DNA from: Somniosus microcephalus
Taxonomy: Eukaryota
DNA length: 64,000 nucleotides
Assembly: GCA_052327205.1 (NCBI GenBank)
Contig: CM126213.1
Coordinates: 201,810,001-201,874,000 of the forward strand
Direction of reading: 5' to 3'
Shown: positions 52,107-62,269 of the stretch, one piece after another
Numbering within the stretch: the stretch's first letter is position 1
Layout of the letters: each line of letters begins with the position of its first letter
Notes under the pieces: generated by a model
Seen by the model: the letters and a program-made list of their open reading frames with translations, nothing else
Told to the model about the DNA's origin: nothing
Databases searched by the model: none
Translations under genes and position numbers: made by a program

Positions 52107-52620
52107 GGATGACCCCGAGCTCCCAGTCGCCTGTCATTTTAATTCACCGCCCAATTCCCACTCAGACCTCACTGTACTCAGACTCTTGCATTGTTCCACG
52201 TAAGCTTGAGGAACAGCACCTCATCTTTCGATTGGGCACTATACAGCCTTCCGGACTCAATATCGAGTTCAACAATTTCAGATCATAACCTCGGCCCCCA
52301 TTACATTTTTACTTATTTTTTATCCACACCTTTGTTTTGGCCCTTTTTTCCCCCCCCCTTTTTTTCTCTCCCACATGGCAGCTGTCTCCCATTCTGCCAG
52401 CGCATTTCACACCTAATCTAGAGCCGTCTTTTGTCTCCACTAGTCCTATCACCATCTCGTCTCGTTTTGAATACCTCTTAATGTCACTTCACTTCTCTTT
52501 TGTTCTCTCCCAGCCTGGCCTTCAGTCTTGACAAAGGGTTTGACCCGAAACGTTGACTCTATTTTCTCTCCATGGATGTTGCCTGGCCTGCTGAGTTTTT
52601 CCAGCATTTGCTGTTGTTAT
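52107..52620 (+). mobile_element. Penelope-like retroelement 3' fragment (GIY-YIG C-terminus + pLTR)
   Basis: ELPVACHFNSPP.SHSDL...RKLEEQHLIFRLGTIQPSGLNIEFNNFRS*; flanked by a 10-bp direct repeat gactgatcca (52097-52106, 52621-52630). Confidence 0.85.
52524..52558 (+). ncRNA. Minimal hammerhead-ribozyme-like motif (degenerate core)
   Basis: agtc-ttgacaa-a-gggt ttg accc-gaaa-cgtt-gact. Confidence 0.5.
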
Positions 52621-52929
52621 GACTGATCCACTATGTCATTTTTATGCCTGAGCGGCAAGTTGAAAATCTTACCCCCATGTCTTGTTTAATCATATAAGAG
52701 AAAAGAATAAGATATGTTGATTGGGTTAGGTGAAGAAGGGTGGGAGGAGGCTCATGTGGAGCCTAAGTACCGGCAGGGACCAGTTGGGCCGAATGGCCTG
52801 TTACTGAGCTGTAAATACAATGTCATATAGTTCAGGAAATTGAGCTATGATTGATAGTCATTGTCCATCTATGTGGTGCAGTGTATTAAGTATTACATAT
52901 TATGCCACTATTATATTATCATTACAATT

Positions 52930-54050
52930 GCAGCTGTCAGGAGGGATGATATGCTGGAAGGATCATCATATGGGTTGAACTAAGGAACAAAAAAGGGTAG
53001 ACCGCCAAACAGTCCGAGGGAGATAGAAGTGCAAATATGTCGGCAAATTTCTGAGAAGTGCAAAAACAATAGGGCAGTAATAGTTGAGGATTTCAACAAC
53101 CCAAATATTAACTGGGATAAAAATCAGTGTAAAAGGTATAGAAGGCACAGAATTCTTAAAATGAATTCAGGAGAACTTATTTTAGCCAATATGTAGCAAG
53201 CCCAACAAGAGAGAGGGAGTAGTTCTGGACTTAGTTTTAGGAAATGAAGCTGGGCAGGTGGAAGGAGTATCAGTGGGAGAGCATTTTGGTGGTAATTCAG
53301 TTAGATTTAGCGCAGTTATGGAAAAGGACAAAGATAGACCAGGAGTAAAAGCTCTCAATTGGGGAAAGGCCAATTTTACTAAGCTGAGATGTGATTTAGC
53401 AAAAGTGGACTAGAAACAGCTACTTGAAAGCAAATCAGTGTCAGAGCAGTGGGAGGCATTCATTCAAGGAGGAAATGGTGAGGGTTCAGTGCAAATATAC
53501 AAAGAAAAAGGGTGAGTCTCCCAAATCTGGAGCCCTCTGGATGCCAAGGAGCATATAGGGTAGGATAAGGCCAAAAAGGGAAGTTTATGTCAGATACCGA
53601 GAGTTCAATACTGCAGAAACCCTAGAGGAGTATAGAAAGTACAGGGGTGAAATTATAAAAGGAAATTAGGAAAGTAAAGAGAGGGCATGAAAAGATATTG
53701 GCAAATAAAATCAAAGAAAACAAAATATGTTTTATAAATACCTAAAGCGGCTAACTAAGGAAAGATTAGGGCCTATTAGAGAGCAAAAAGGTAACCTGTG
53801 TGTGGAGGCGGAGGATGTTGGTATAGTTCTTAATGAATACTTTGCATCTGTCTTCACAAGAGAGGGGGATGATGCAGGAATTTTAGTTAAGAAGGATGAG
53901 TCTGAAATATTGGATGGGGTAAAATAGTGAGAGAGGAAATATTAAGGGGTTTAGCACCTTTGAAAGTAGATAAATCTCCAGACCCAGATGAAATGTATCC
54001 CAGGCTGTTAAGAGAAGCAAGGGAGGAAATAGTGGAGGCTCTGACCATCA
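52930..54050 (+). mobile_element. CR1 ORF2 fragment (APE to pre-RT)
   Basis: VLDLVLGNE, LNEYFASVFTRE and KVDKSPDPDEMYPRLL. Confidence 0.8.
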
Positions 54051-54355
54051 TAACATGATTAGTGTGCAAATTTTCAAGGGATTAAAATTATTTTTATCTT
54101 TAACCAGCAAGGATGGACAATGGGGAAACCATTTCTGGGATCAGTTTTTTTGAATCCTCCTTAAACCTGATGAATTTTGCCCTTTGGGACCCGAGCTGCT
54201 GAAGGATATCTTTACATTACTATCCGAGATCTGCATTTGGGTCTAAAACCATTGGATGCTGTGGTTACACAGACGAGTTTGGAAGATTAAATGACAGTGC
54301 CCATCTTTAGTGTCTCTGGGAAGTGGGAACCAATTGGCAGCAATTGCTAAAAATG

Positions 54356-54947
54356 GGTGCCTAGAAATTGGATTGTGTTGTGCCCATTTTACAGATGTAA
54401 AATAAGTGCCCAAGGATCCAATATGGCGGGCAATGTGTGCATGCACATTCCACGCCATAAGTGTGCCGCTCGCCATATTGGCACATGCCTGAAACAGGCG
54501 CTAAGCCCCCTATTTGCATCTGCAAAAGGATTAACACCTGTTGGAAACCTCCTTTGCTAATTTCAACTGTGATTGCTGTGGTCAATTTCTTTACGCGCTT
54601 GGCAGCCAAACCAAATTAAAGGAACCGCTGGTGGCTGCCACCTAAAAGTTAAGTTTGAACTTTTTAAATTACCTTATTGTGGAACCTGGAGGAGCAAGAG
54701 TGCTCTTCCCTGCCCCACATTAAATCAGCTCCGCTCCTGCTGACTCTCCGAAGGACCTCAGCCGGGGTCCAAGCTAGTTCATTTAGCTTCCCCAACGCCG
54801 CCCCACCCACAACTGCCTCTGGGGCCGCCACTGCCACCTGCAGCTGGCTGGTGGACCAATTTTGCCGTGGTCCTGCTGCTGGCCTCATGTAGCTTGCGCC
54901 GCACCAGAACTGCGCCCCAATTTAGGTGCGATCCAATTTCTAGGCCC
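54356..54947. mobile_element. Harbinger-type MITE
   Basis: TIR gcctagaaattggat / atccaatttctaggc; atg on both flanks. Confidence 0.72.
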
Positions 54948-55676
54948 ATGTATGGCTGCAGCCTTAATTATCAATTTCTTTGCACTGGTAAGTCCTCAAT
55001 GTTGGATAATGAGGTTCTTTACTTCAAAGTGATGTATTTCCTTGCTGGTTCTCAGAGCATTTGAATAAAGGCAAGCATCAGTGCTAGTTATACAGGTTAG
55101 TTTTAGCATTTTTCCCTTTAAAACACACAAAATAGTTCAACCGAGCCTAGTATAAATCAGGCAGGAAAGGTAAATCAGATATTTTTGCGAAAAATTCATT
55201 TTGCTGGTCTGCCCCAGGATTACACAAAACTGAGATTCTCCTTTAGGCATACTTACTGGAGGAAATGTAAACTAAAACATTGAGGTCAACTTGTTATGCA
55301 TAGATTGCTTTTGTAAAAATTTACTTCCAGAAATATGTGTTTTTTTTTTAATTACGAGATTATCCCCGACAAATTTGAGATTGTGAGACTTACAGACAAG
55401 CCAGAAGCTGGTTTTAATCACGAAATAAGTATCATTGTTACAAGATAATGCCATAAAAATACCCTAAATGTGACCAGCTAGGCGATTGTTTACATGCTCA
55501 TAAGCGCATTCTTTCTATTACAATCCGATGATCTTACCCATAGTGTAAACTATTAATTTTTTTATATTAAAATACAAAATTCACACAACTTTCAATTTTA
55601 AGAGTTATTTTTGCAAACAAAATAGGAATGCAAAAGATGTCTGTTTAAGATCTTTAGAACACAGATCAGTCACAAT

Positions 55677-55885
55677 TATAGAATCATAGAATGGTTACAG
55701 CAGAGGAGGCCATTCAGCCCATCGAGCCCGTGCCAGCTCTCTGCAAGAGCACTTCAGCTAGTCCCACTCCCCTGCCCTTTCCCTGTAGCCCTGCAATTTT
55801 TTCCCTTCAGGTACTTATCCAATTCCCTTTTGAAAGCCACTATTGAATCTGCCTCCACCACCCTTTCAGGCAGTGCATTCCAGAT
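55677..55885 (-). mobile_element. CR1 3' tail (same subfamily as element A)
   Basis: Uninterrupted version of 20755-20852 joined to 26806-26920. Confidence 0.8.
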
Positions 55886-56644
55886 TAATTGCTACTATTT
55901 AAATAAAAGCATAGCTAATGCAAGAAATCTGAAATAACAAAGAGCATCTTTAAAATCCACAGGAAGTCCATCAGCGTTTATAACGAACAGAGCTATTTTC
56001 TCTACTTTTTCTCTTTACAGGTGTTATTTTTATTTCAGGTTGCCAGAATTTTCTGTTTTTACTTAAATTGTTGTAATTGACTACAAAATCGGCTCGGTGT
56101 GTATTCTCAGCATCAGGTTTCTAACTGCAAGGATTTATCTAGACTTGCTGAAATAATCAAGTTTGTGATTTCCAAGGATGCAGATCAAGTTAAAGCCGCT
56201 TTGGGCTCACAGAAGTCCAGAAGATAGTCTACAAGCATGAATTAAAGTGCAACTTGCAGTAAATTACTGAGTTTCTGAGGCAATAGAACAGAAACCGTAG
56301 TAAAACAGCATTCTGGTATAGCCGATGGCCAGTATAGCCTGTTCTTGAAAGCAGGTTACCAAAGGTTTTCTCAAAACTGAAATGAAACTTTATCTATTGC
56401 TATAGATGTAGATGGAGAAACGAAATGAACAGGTATGTGTCTAAGAAGTAAATTCCTCAGGTTATGTGTAATGTCTTTAGGACTTATCCAACCTCAATAG
56501 TCAAACACTTGAATCATATATCATTATGAAAATCTTAAATGCAATTTTTTTATTACTAAGTTACAAAGAACAATATAAATCCGTAAAATAAAACCCATGC
56601 AGTTACAATTCTGTTAAAATGATCTTAGTGAATTATTTACTTAC

Positions 56645-56902
56645 CTTGTACAGTTACCTGTACAGTAGCATTACTTCCTTTTTTGGTTATGATGTTTTTA
56701 ACCTGACAAGTATAGTTCCCACCATGATTTGAGCTTACTGAGTCAATGCTGTAAGTTTGTTCTGTCTTTAACAGATTGGTTCCATTGTACCATTCATAGG
56801 CACCAGCTGGGACTGATAGAGCAGAACAATGAAATGTAAGAGCTTTCCCCAGTTCTGCCAAAACTGACCCTGAAGGTTCAATAATGACGTTCTCTGGTCC
56901 AT
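56645..56902 (-). CDS. CEACAM-like receptor, IgC2 (B-type) domain exon
   Basis: tttttgtag|...|gtaagt, 258 bp, phase 1-1, after a 94-bp intron. Translates (Y)GPENVIIEPSGSVLAELGKALTFHCSALSVPAGAYEWYNGTNLLKTEQTYSIDSVSSNHGGNYTCQVKNIITKKGSNATVQVTVQ (inside ORF 56637-57086). The YGP junction is typical of CEACAM A-B pairs. Confidence 0.9.
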
Positions 56903-56996
56903 CTACAAAAAATTCAAGAAAATGTGGTTTTTGTATAACTAAAATAATCATTAATATTAAATACAAACTAATGCTTTGAGCTCCCTGCATACTTAC

Positions 56997-57272
56997 AATT
57001 AATTTGCAGGATGGTGTCTCCAGAATCGCTGCTAAAATCATTGCTTGCATTACATTTATATGTTCCTGAATCATTTCTGTTAACACTGATTATAGTCAGT
57101 GTAACATTGTCCGGAGAAGTTATTATTCTGTCATTATCCTGGGCAGCTCGGTCATTCTTAAACCAAATCCGTGACTGTACAAAGCCCGAGGCGTGACAAG
57201 TCAGTAAAATAGTATCGATGTTTTCTACTGGTTTTGAATTGTTGGCCGATACAGTGACATTAGAAACCGGTT
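56997..57272 (-). CDS. CEACAM-like receptor, IgC2 (A-type) domain exon
   Basis: Minus-strand exon tttacag|...|gtaagt, 276 bp, phase 1-1. Translates (E)PVSNVTVSANNSKPVENIDTILLTCHASGFVQSRIWFKNDRAAQDNDRIITSPDNVTLTIISVNRNDSGTYKCNASNDFSSDSGDTILQIN. Has Ig Cys/Trp/DxGxYxC and the CEACAM A-domain-like NNSKPVE and N.TLT...V.RND motifs. Confidence 0.9.
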
Positions 57273-57692
57273 CTGTAAATACAATTAAAAAGGAAACGGG
57301 GTTACATCATTTTCTACAACCCGTTCAGTGGTTGTTTGGGTATTAAACTCGCCATGTTAAATTCATCACCTTTCTTCTTTTATGACTTTAAATTCCACCT
57401 CGATCTGATATTCAATCAGAAACCAGACAAACTAGATCTGATTTAATGTCAAGGTAAAATCTGACATATGGATAACTATAGAATCAGCAGTTATGAGTGC
57501 TACTGATGCTTTCAAATAGTCTTTTTGGTTAAAAAGACATAAATAACACTTGTGAAATGGTGGTAAATTAGTGAGGTTCATGAATACACAGGAAAACATA
57601 GTTTATTGAAGAAAAGGAAGAATGCTGTAGAAGGCAAAAAAATACTACTACACTTCAGGAGGAAGTTGTTTTTTTAGAGACACCTTTGTTTA

Positions 57693-57895
57693 TATAAGAA
57701 TATAAGAACAGGAGGAGGCCATTGAGCCCCTCGAGCCTCTCGAGCCTGTTCTGCCATTCAATGAGATCACGGCTGATCTGCGACCTAACTCCATATACTT
57801 GCCTTTGGCCCATATCCCTTAATACCTTTGGTTAACAATAAGCTATCAATCACCGATTTCAAATTAACAATTGATCTAGCATCTATCGCCCTTTG
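57693..57895 (-). mobile_element. CR1 3' tail fragment
   Basis: ataagaa repeats and aggccattgagcccctcgagcctgttctgccattc. Confidence 0.75.
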
Positions 57896-58857
57896 TGTAA
57901 GGTTGACGTACATTTTTAATCGAGAAACATTTTATTACAATTAATTTTATTTTTGGGATTCGTTTGGGAGCAATTCACGTTACTTTGCCATATCCTTGTG
58001 TACTGTGTTTTTCTGGGCCATTGACCCCCTAAGTGACCCCCTCACCCAGAATTAGGGCACCACCAATACAGAACAACCTCCACACAAACTAAAAATGCAT
58101 GGCAGTAAGGTGGAATCACTGTTGCCAGAATTGAGTTCCAAGAAACTATATATTACACTATTGTGATGATTGGTTCTTTCTATTTAATGTGTTAGAGAGG
58201 GGCAGGCCATAGGTGTGGCCTGGATTTCAGTTCTTGTCTATTCTATATTTCAGATCCAGTAATCTCACAAATAGCAGGTCAAGCATAGTGAACTGCTTAT
58301 TGAATGCCTTTTACGAAGCTATAAAAATCTACACAAAACAAAGCCGGGGGTGAGGAGGGGGGGGGGCGGTGCTGGGAGGGAGGGAGAAAACATTCTAGTA
58401 ATAATTAAAAATATAATCAGTTTTAATACTTGAGCAGTTAAACATGTAAAATCAGTGCATTCCTTTTTAACTAATTGTAATTTCAGGGGAAATATTTGTC
58501 TAAGCATGTCAGTAATCTTAAAAAAATAGCACTGCTGCATAAAATCAGGGAATTGTATAGCAGAAGCAATGGGCTGGAAATTGTGGTCAGAGGTTTCCCG
58601 TAGGCGAATGCCTCTGAACCGCAAGTAAATTCCGCATCTACCTGGTGCCTCCGGAGCTTCAGACTCTTGTGGCCCTGGGCTTGCAGGCATAGGCCTGCAT
58701 AAAGGCCCATGTATCTCAGGAGTGCATACAGTTTGCAAGCGTCCCTGGGATCACGTGGGCCAGCCCAACCAATGACGAAGGGGGATTCCCATTATGCTTT
58801 TGGGGATTCTATTTATGGGCAGAATCCCCTTAAACATAACAGGAATCCCCCTAAAAA

Positions 58858-59379
58858 ATAACAACAGAAAATGCTGGAAAAACTCAGCAGGTCAGGCAAC
58901 ATCCGTGGAGAGAAATTTGAGTTGACGTTTCGGGTCGAAACCCTTCTTCAAAACTGGAAAGAAAATAAAATAGATCGAAGGCAGGGCTGCGATCGAACAA
59001 AAGAAGTAAAAGAGACAATAAAAGGTATTCGAAACCAGACGAGATGGTAATAGGCCAGTGGAGACAAAAGACAGCTGAGATTAGGTGTGAAGCGTATTGG
59101 CAGGATAGGAGATAGCTGCCAGGTGGGAGAGAGAAACAAAAGGAAAGGGGGGGGGGGGGGAGGGGGGGAAAGGAAGACCCAAAACAAAGGGGTGGAAAAA
59201 TTATAAGTAAAAAAGTAATAGGGGCCGAGGTTATGATCTGAAATTGTTGAACTCGATATTGAGTCCGGAAGGCTGCAAAGTGCCTAATTGGAAGATGAAC
59301 ACCTCACCTTCCGGACTCAATATCAAGTTCAACAATTTCAGATCATAACCTCGGCCCCTATTACATTTTTTACTTATAA
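58858..59379 (-). mobile_element. Penelope-like fragment with inverted terminal duplication
   Basis: Reverse complement of the 52220-52620 region; 59201-59272 is repeated inverted at 59307-59379. Confidence 0.8.
58920..58955 (-). ncRNA. Minimal type I hammerhead-ribozyme-like motif
   Basis: Minus strand agtt-ttgaaga-a-gggt ttcg accc-gaaa-cgtc-aact: stem I, UUGANGA core, UUCG-capped stem II, GAAA, palindromic ACGU and a GUC site. Confidence 0.62.
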
Positions 59380-59706
59380 AAAAAATACTTTTTAACAACA
59401 CTGAATTAAAAATAAATCATCAAATGGTCAAAATTAATTAAAATACAATTTAATTAAACCTTTAAAACAAATATGTAATTTTTTGAAAAATAAATGTAAA
59501 TGTTTTTCAGGGGCCAAAAGTAACAAAATTTTTTAAAGGATATTATGGTTAAATCATTTAAAAAATGTTATGATAATATTTATTTAAACCCTTATGCTGG
59601 TAAAAAAATGTCTTACGCCTACTTCTACCAGGCGTAAGGGTTTCATGGGCATTCGCTGGGCAGCAATAGCCCAACCCTGTGCCAGCGAATGTCCATTTTT
59701 TGTGGA

Positions 59707-60670
59707 TTCATAGAAACATAGGAGCAGGAGTAGGCCATTCGGCCCCTCGAGCCTGTTCCGCCATTTAATGAGACCATGGCTGATCATCCAAATTCAGTAC
59801 CCTGTCCCTGCTTTCTCCCCATATCCCTTGATCCCTTTAGCCTTAAGAAACATATCTAACTCCTTCTTGAATATATTTAATGAATTGGCCTCCACTGCCT
59901 TCTGTGGTAGAGAATTCCACAGGTTCACCACTCTCTGGGTGAAGAAATTTATCTTCATCTCTGTCCTAAATGGCTTACCCCTTATCCTTAGACTGTGACC
60001 CCTGGTTCTGGACTCCCCCGCCATTGGGAACATCCTTCCTGCATCTAGTCTGTCCAGTCCTGTCAGAATTTTAAAAGTTTCAATGAGATCCCCTTCATTC
60101 TTCTAAACTCTAGCGAATATAAGCCTAATCGACCCAATCTCTCCTCATAAGTCATTCCTGCCATCCCAGGTATCAGTCTGGTGAATCTTCGCTGCACTCT
60201 CTCCATGGCAAGAACATCCTTCCTCAGATAAGGCGACCAAAACTGCACACAATACTCAAGGTGTGGTCTCACCAAGGCCCTGTACAACTGCAGCAAGACA
60301 TCCTTGCTCCTGTACTCGAATCCTCTCGCTACGAAGGCCAACATACCATTTGCCTTCTTAACCACCTGCTGCACCTACATGCTTACCTTCAGCGACTGGT
60401 GCACAAGGACACCCAGGTCTCGTTGCACTTCCCCTTTTCCCAATCTATTGCCGTTCAGATAATAATCTGCCTTCCTGTTTTTGCCACCGAAGTGGATAAC
60501 CTCGCATTTATCCACATTATACTGCATTTGCCATGCATCTGACCAATCACCCAACCTGTCCAAATCATACTGGACTTTCTCTGCATCCTCCTCACAGCAC
60601 ACATGCCCACCCAGCTTTGTGTCGTCTGCAAACTTGGAGATATTACATCTAGTTCCCTTGTCTAGATCAT
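59707..60670 (-). mobile_element. CR1 3' fragment (young family)
   Basis: ORFs 60375-60707 (FADD), 60063-60374 and 59794-60033; near-identical to element C. Confidence 0.9.
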
Positions 60671-61449
60671 GTGCATCACATGCGGAAACCCGGAACTTGC
60701 GGAGCACTTACCACTGGTAAGCCGTGTGTACGCGGCCATAGGCCCTGGAAAATCTGGGCCATTATTTATTTGTATCTATGCATTTGGAATTTGTAAACTG
60801 AGCCAGTCACTGGGCAAATATTAACAAGTTATGCCTTTCGGTAAGTACAGTAACAAATTGATAATCGCAAAACCTCTGCAAGAACTTGTAACCTGATTAC
60901 TGAGTCCTTGCTCATTCTAACAAGGTTTATCTATGGAAATATTAATATCCAAAATACTATTGAAGATGCCGCATGATTTTTAGAAAACATTTCAGTTTGG
61001 AGAAGTTTAATAGCTCTGCTGGGTTGTCCCAAAAAGGCAATTAAGTAATTTCATTTCTAAGCATCAAGAGGGTGAATTTCAAGTTGGGCGGGCTGCAAAA
61101 CGGGCGGTATCACATCTGTCGCCACTTAGACGCCTCGTCCGAAATTCAGTTCCACCGAAGTCGAATTTCACCGCCAGATGTTTGTAAACTAATATTTCAG
61201 CATAATTTGATGTCTGACTGTTAAATTTCTGAAATCTTAATGGATGTGAAGTATACTTGTAATTTTATCAATGTCTGTATGTATTCTGCTTGTGGTTTAC
61301 TTGAAAAAATACAACATAAATTTAACAATCTGTACTCAACTTGGTGGCTGTCAGAAGCAGTTCACAGAAAGTGAAAAGTCTTCCTTCAGCACCATGTACA
61401 AAATTGAATTATCAGAAAAAAAAATTCATTATTTGTAAATAATAAACGC

Positions 61450-62195
61450 ACAAACAACAGTCAACATGAATTCAGAAGGGGGAAAATCCTGCCTGACCAA
61501 ATTCCTCAACATTATTGAGGAAGCTGCATGTGAAGTTGACTGTGAAAAGGCAAAACACGTTGTGTTACGAGGCTTCCAAATGGCATTTGGTAAAGTTCCA
61601 CACAAAAGACTATTAGCTAAGCTCAAGGATGTGAGATTCCAGGGCAAGTTTGTGGATAGACTAAGAAACTGGCTGAAACTTAGAAAAATGGCAGATGACA
61701 TTTATAGAATCTTACAGCACAGGAGGCGGCTATTCGGCCCATCATGCATGTGCCGGCTCTTTGAAAGAGCTATCCAGTTAGACTCATTCCCCTGCTCTTT
61801 CACCATAGCCCTACAATTCTTTCCTTTTCAAGTATATATTGAGTTGCCTTTTTATTATTACTGTTGAATCTGTATCCACCACCCCTTAAGACAATCCATT
61901 CCAGATCATAACAACTCACTGCATAAAAAACATTCTCATCTCGCCCTGGTTCTTTTGCCAATGATCTTAAATCTGTGTCCTCTGGTTACCACCCCTCCTG
62001 CCTCCTGCTACTCTATCAAAACCCCATTTAATTTTGAAACCTCTGTTAAACCTCATCTTAACCTTCTCTGCCCTAAGGAGAACAATCCTAACTTCATTTA
62101 TGTGGAAAGACTAGAGAAGTCCCTCATCCTAGGTATCGTTCTGGTAAATCTTCTCTGCAACCTCTCCAAGGTCTTCTCATTCTTACTAAAGTGCA
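61450..62195. mobile_element. Old CR1 RT remnant (+, ~61450-61695) and CR1 3' fragment (-, ~61700-62195)
   Basis: KSCLTKFL...FQMAFGKVPHKRLL on plus; LERLQRRFTRTIP and a CR1 tail on minus. Confidence 0.7.
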
Positions 62196-62269
62196 TTGCA
62201 TTTAATGGAGATATAAAAGTAAAGTATAAAGTACTGAACGTAAGAAGGAAGAAAATGGCTGATGTATGC

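Larger units (their letters stand above)
58571..60760. mobile_element. Harbinger-like non-autonomous element hosting a Penelope and a CR1 insertion
   Basis: gggctggaaatt...aaaatctgggcc ends; homologous to 31448-32121. Confidence 0.6.

Noticed and set aside
55257-55271. Possible 15-bp stalk micro-exon between the IgC2 and TM exons
   Set aside because: Good gtaagt donor and frame-preserving, but weak acceptor and no independent support.
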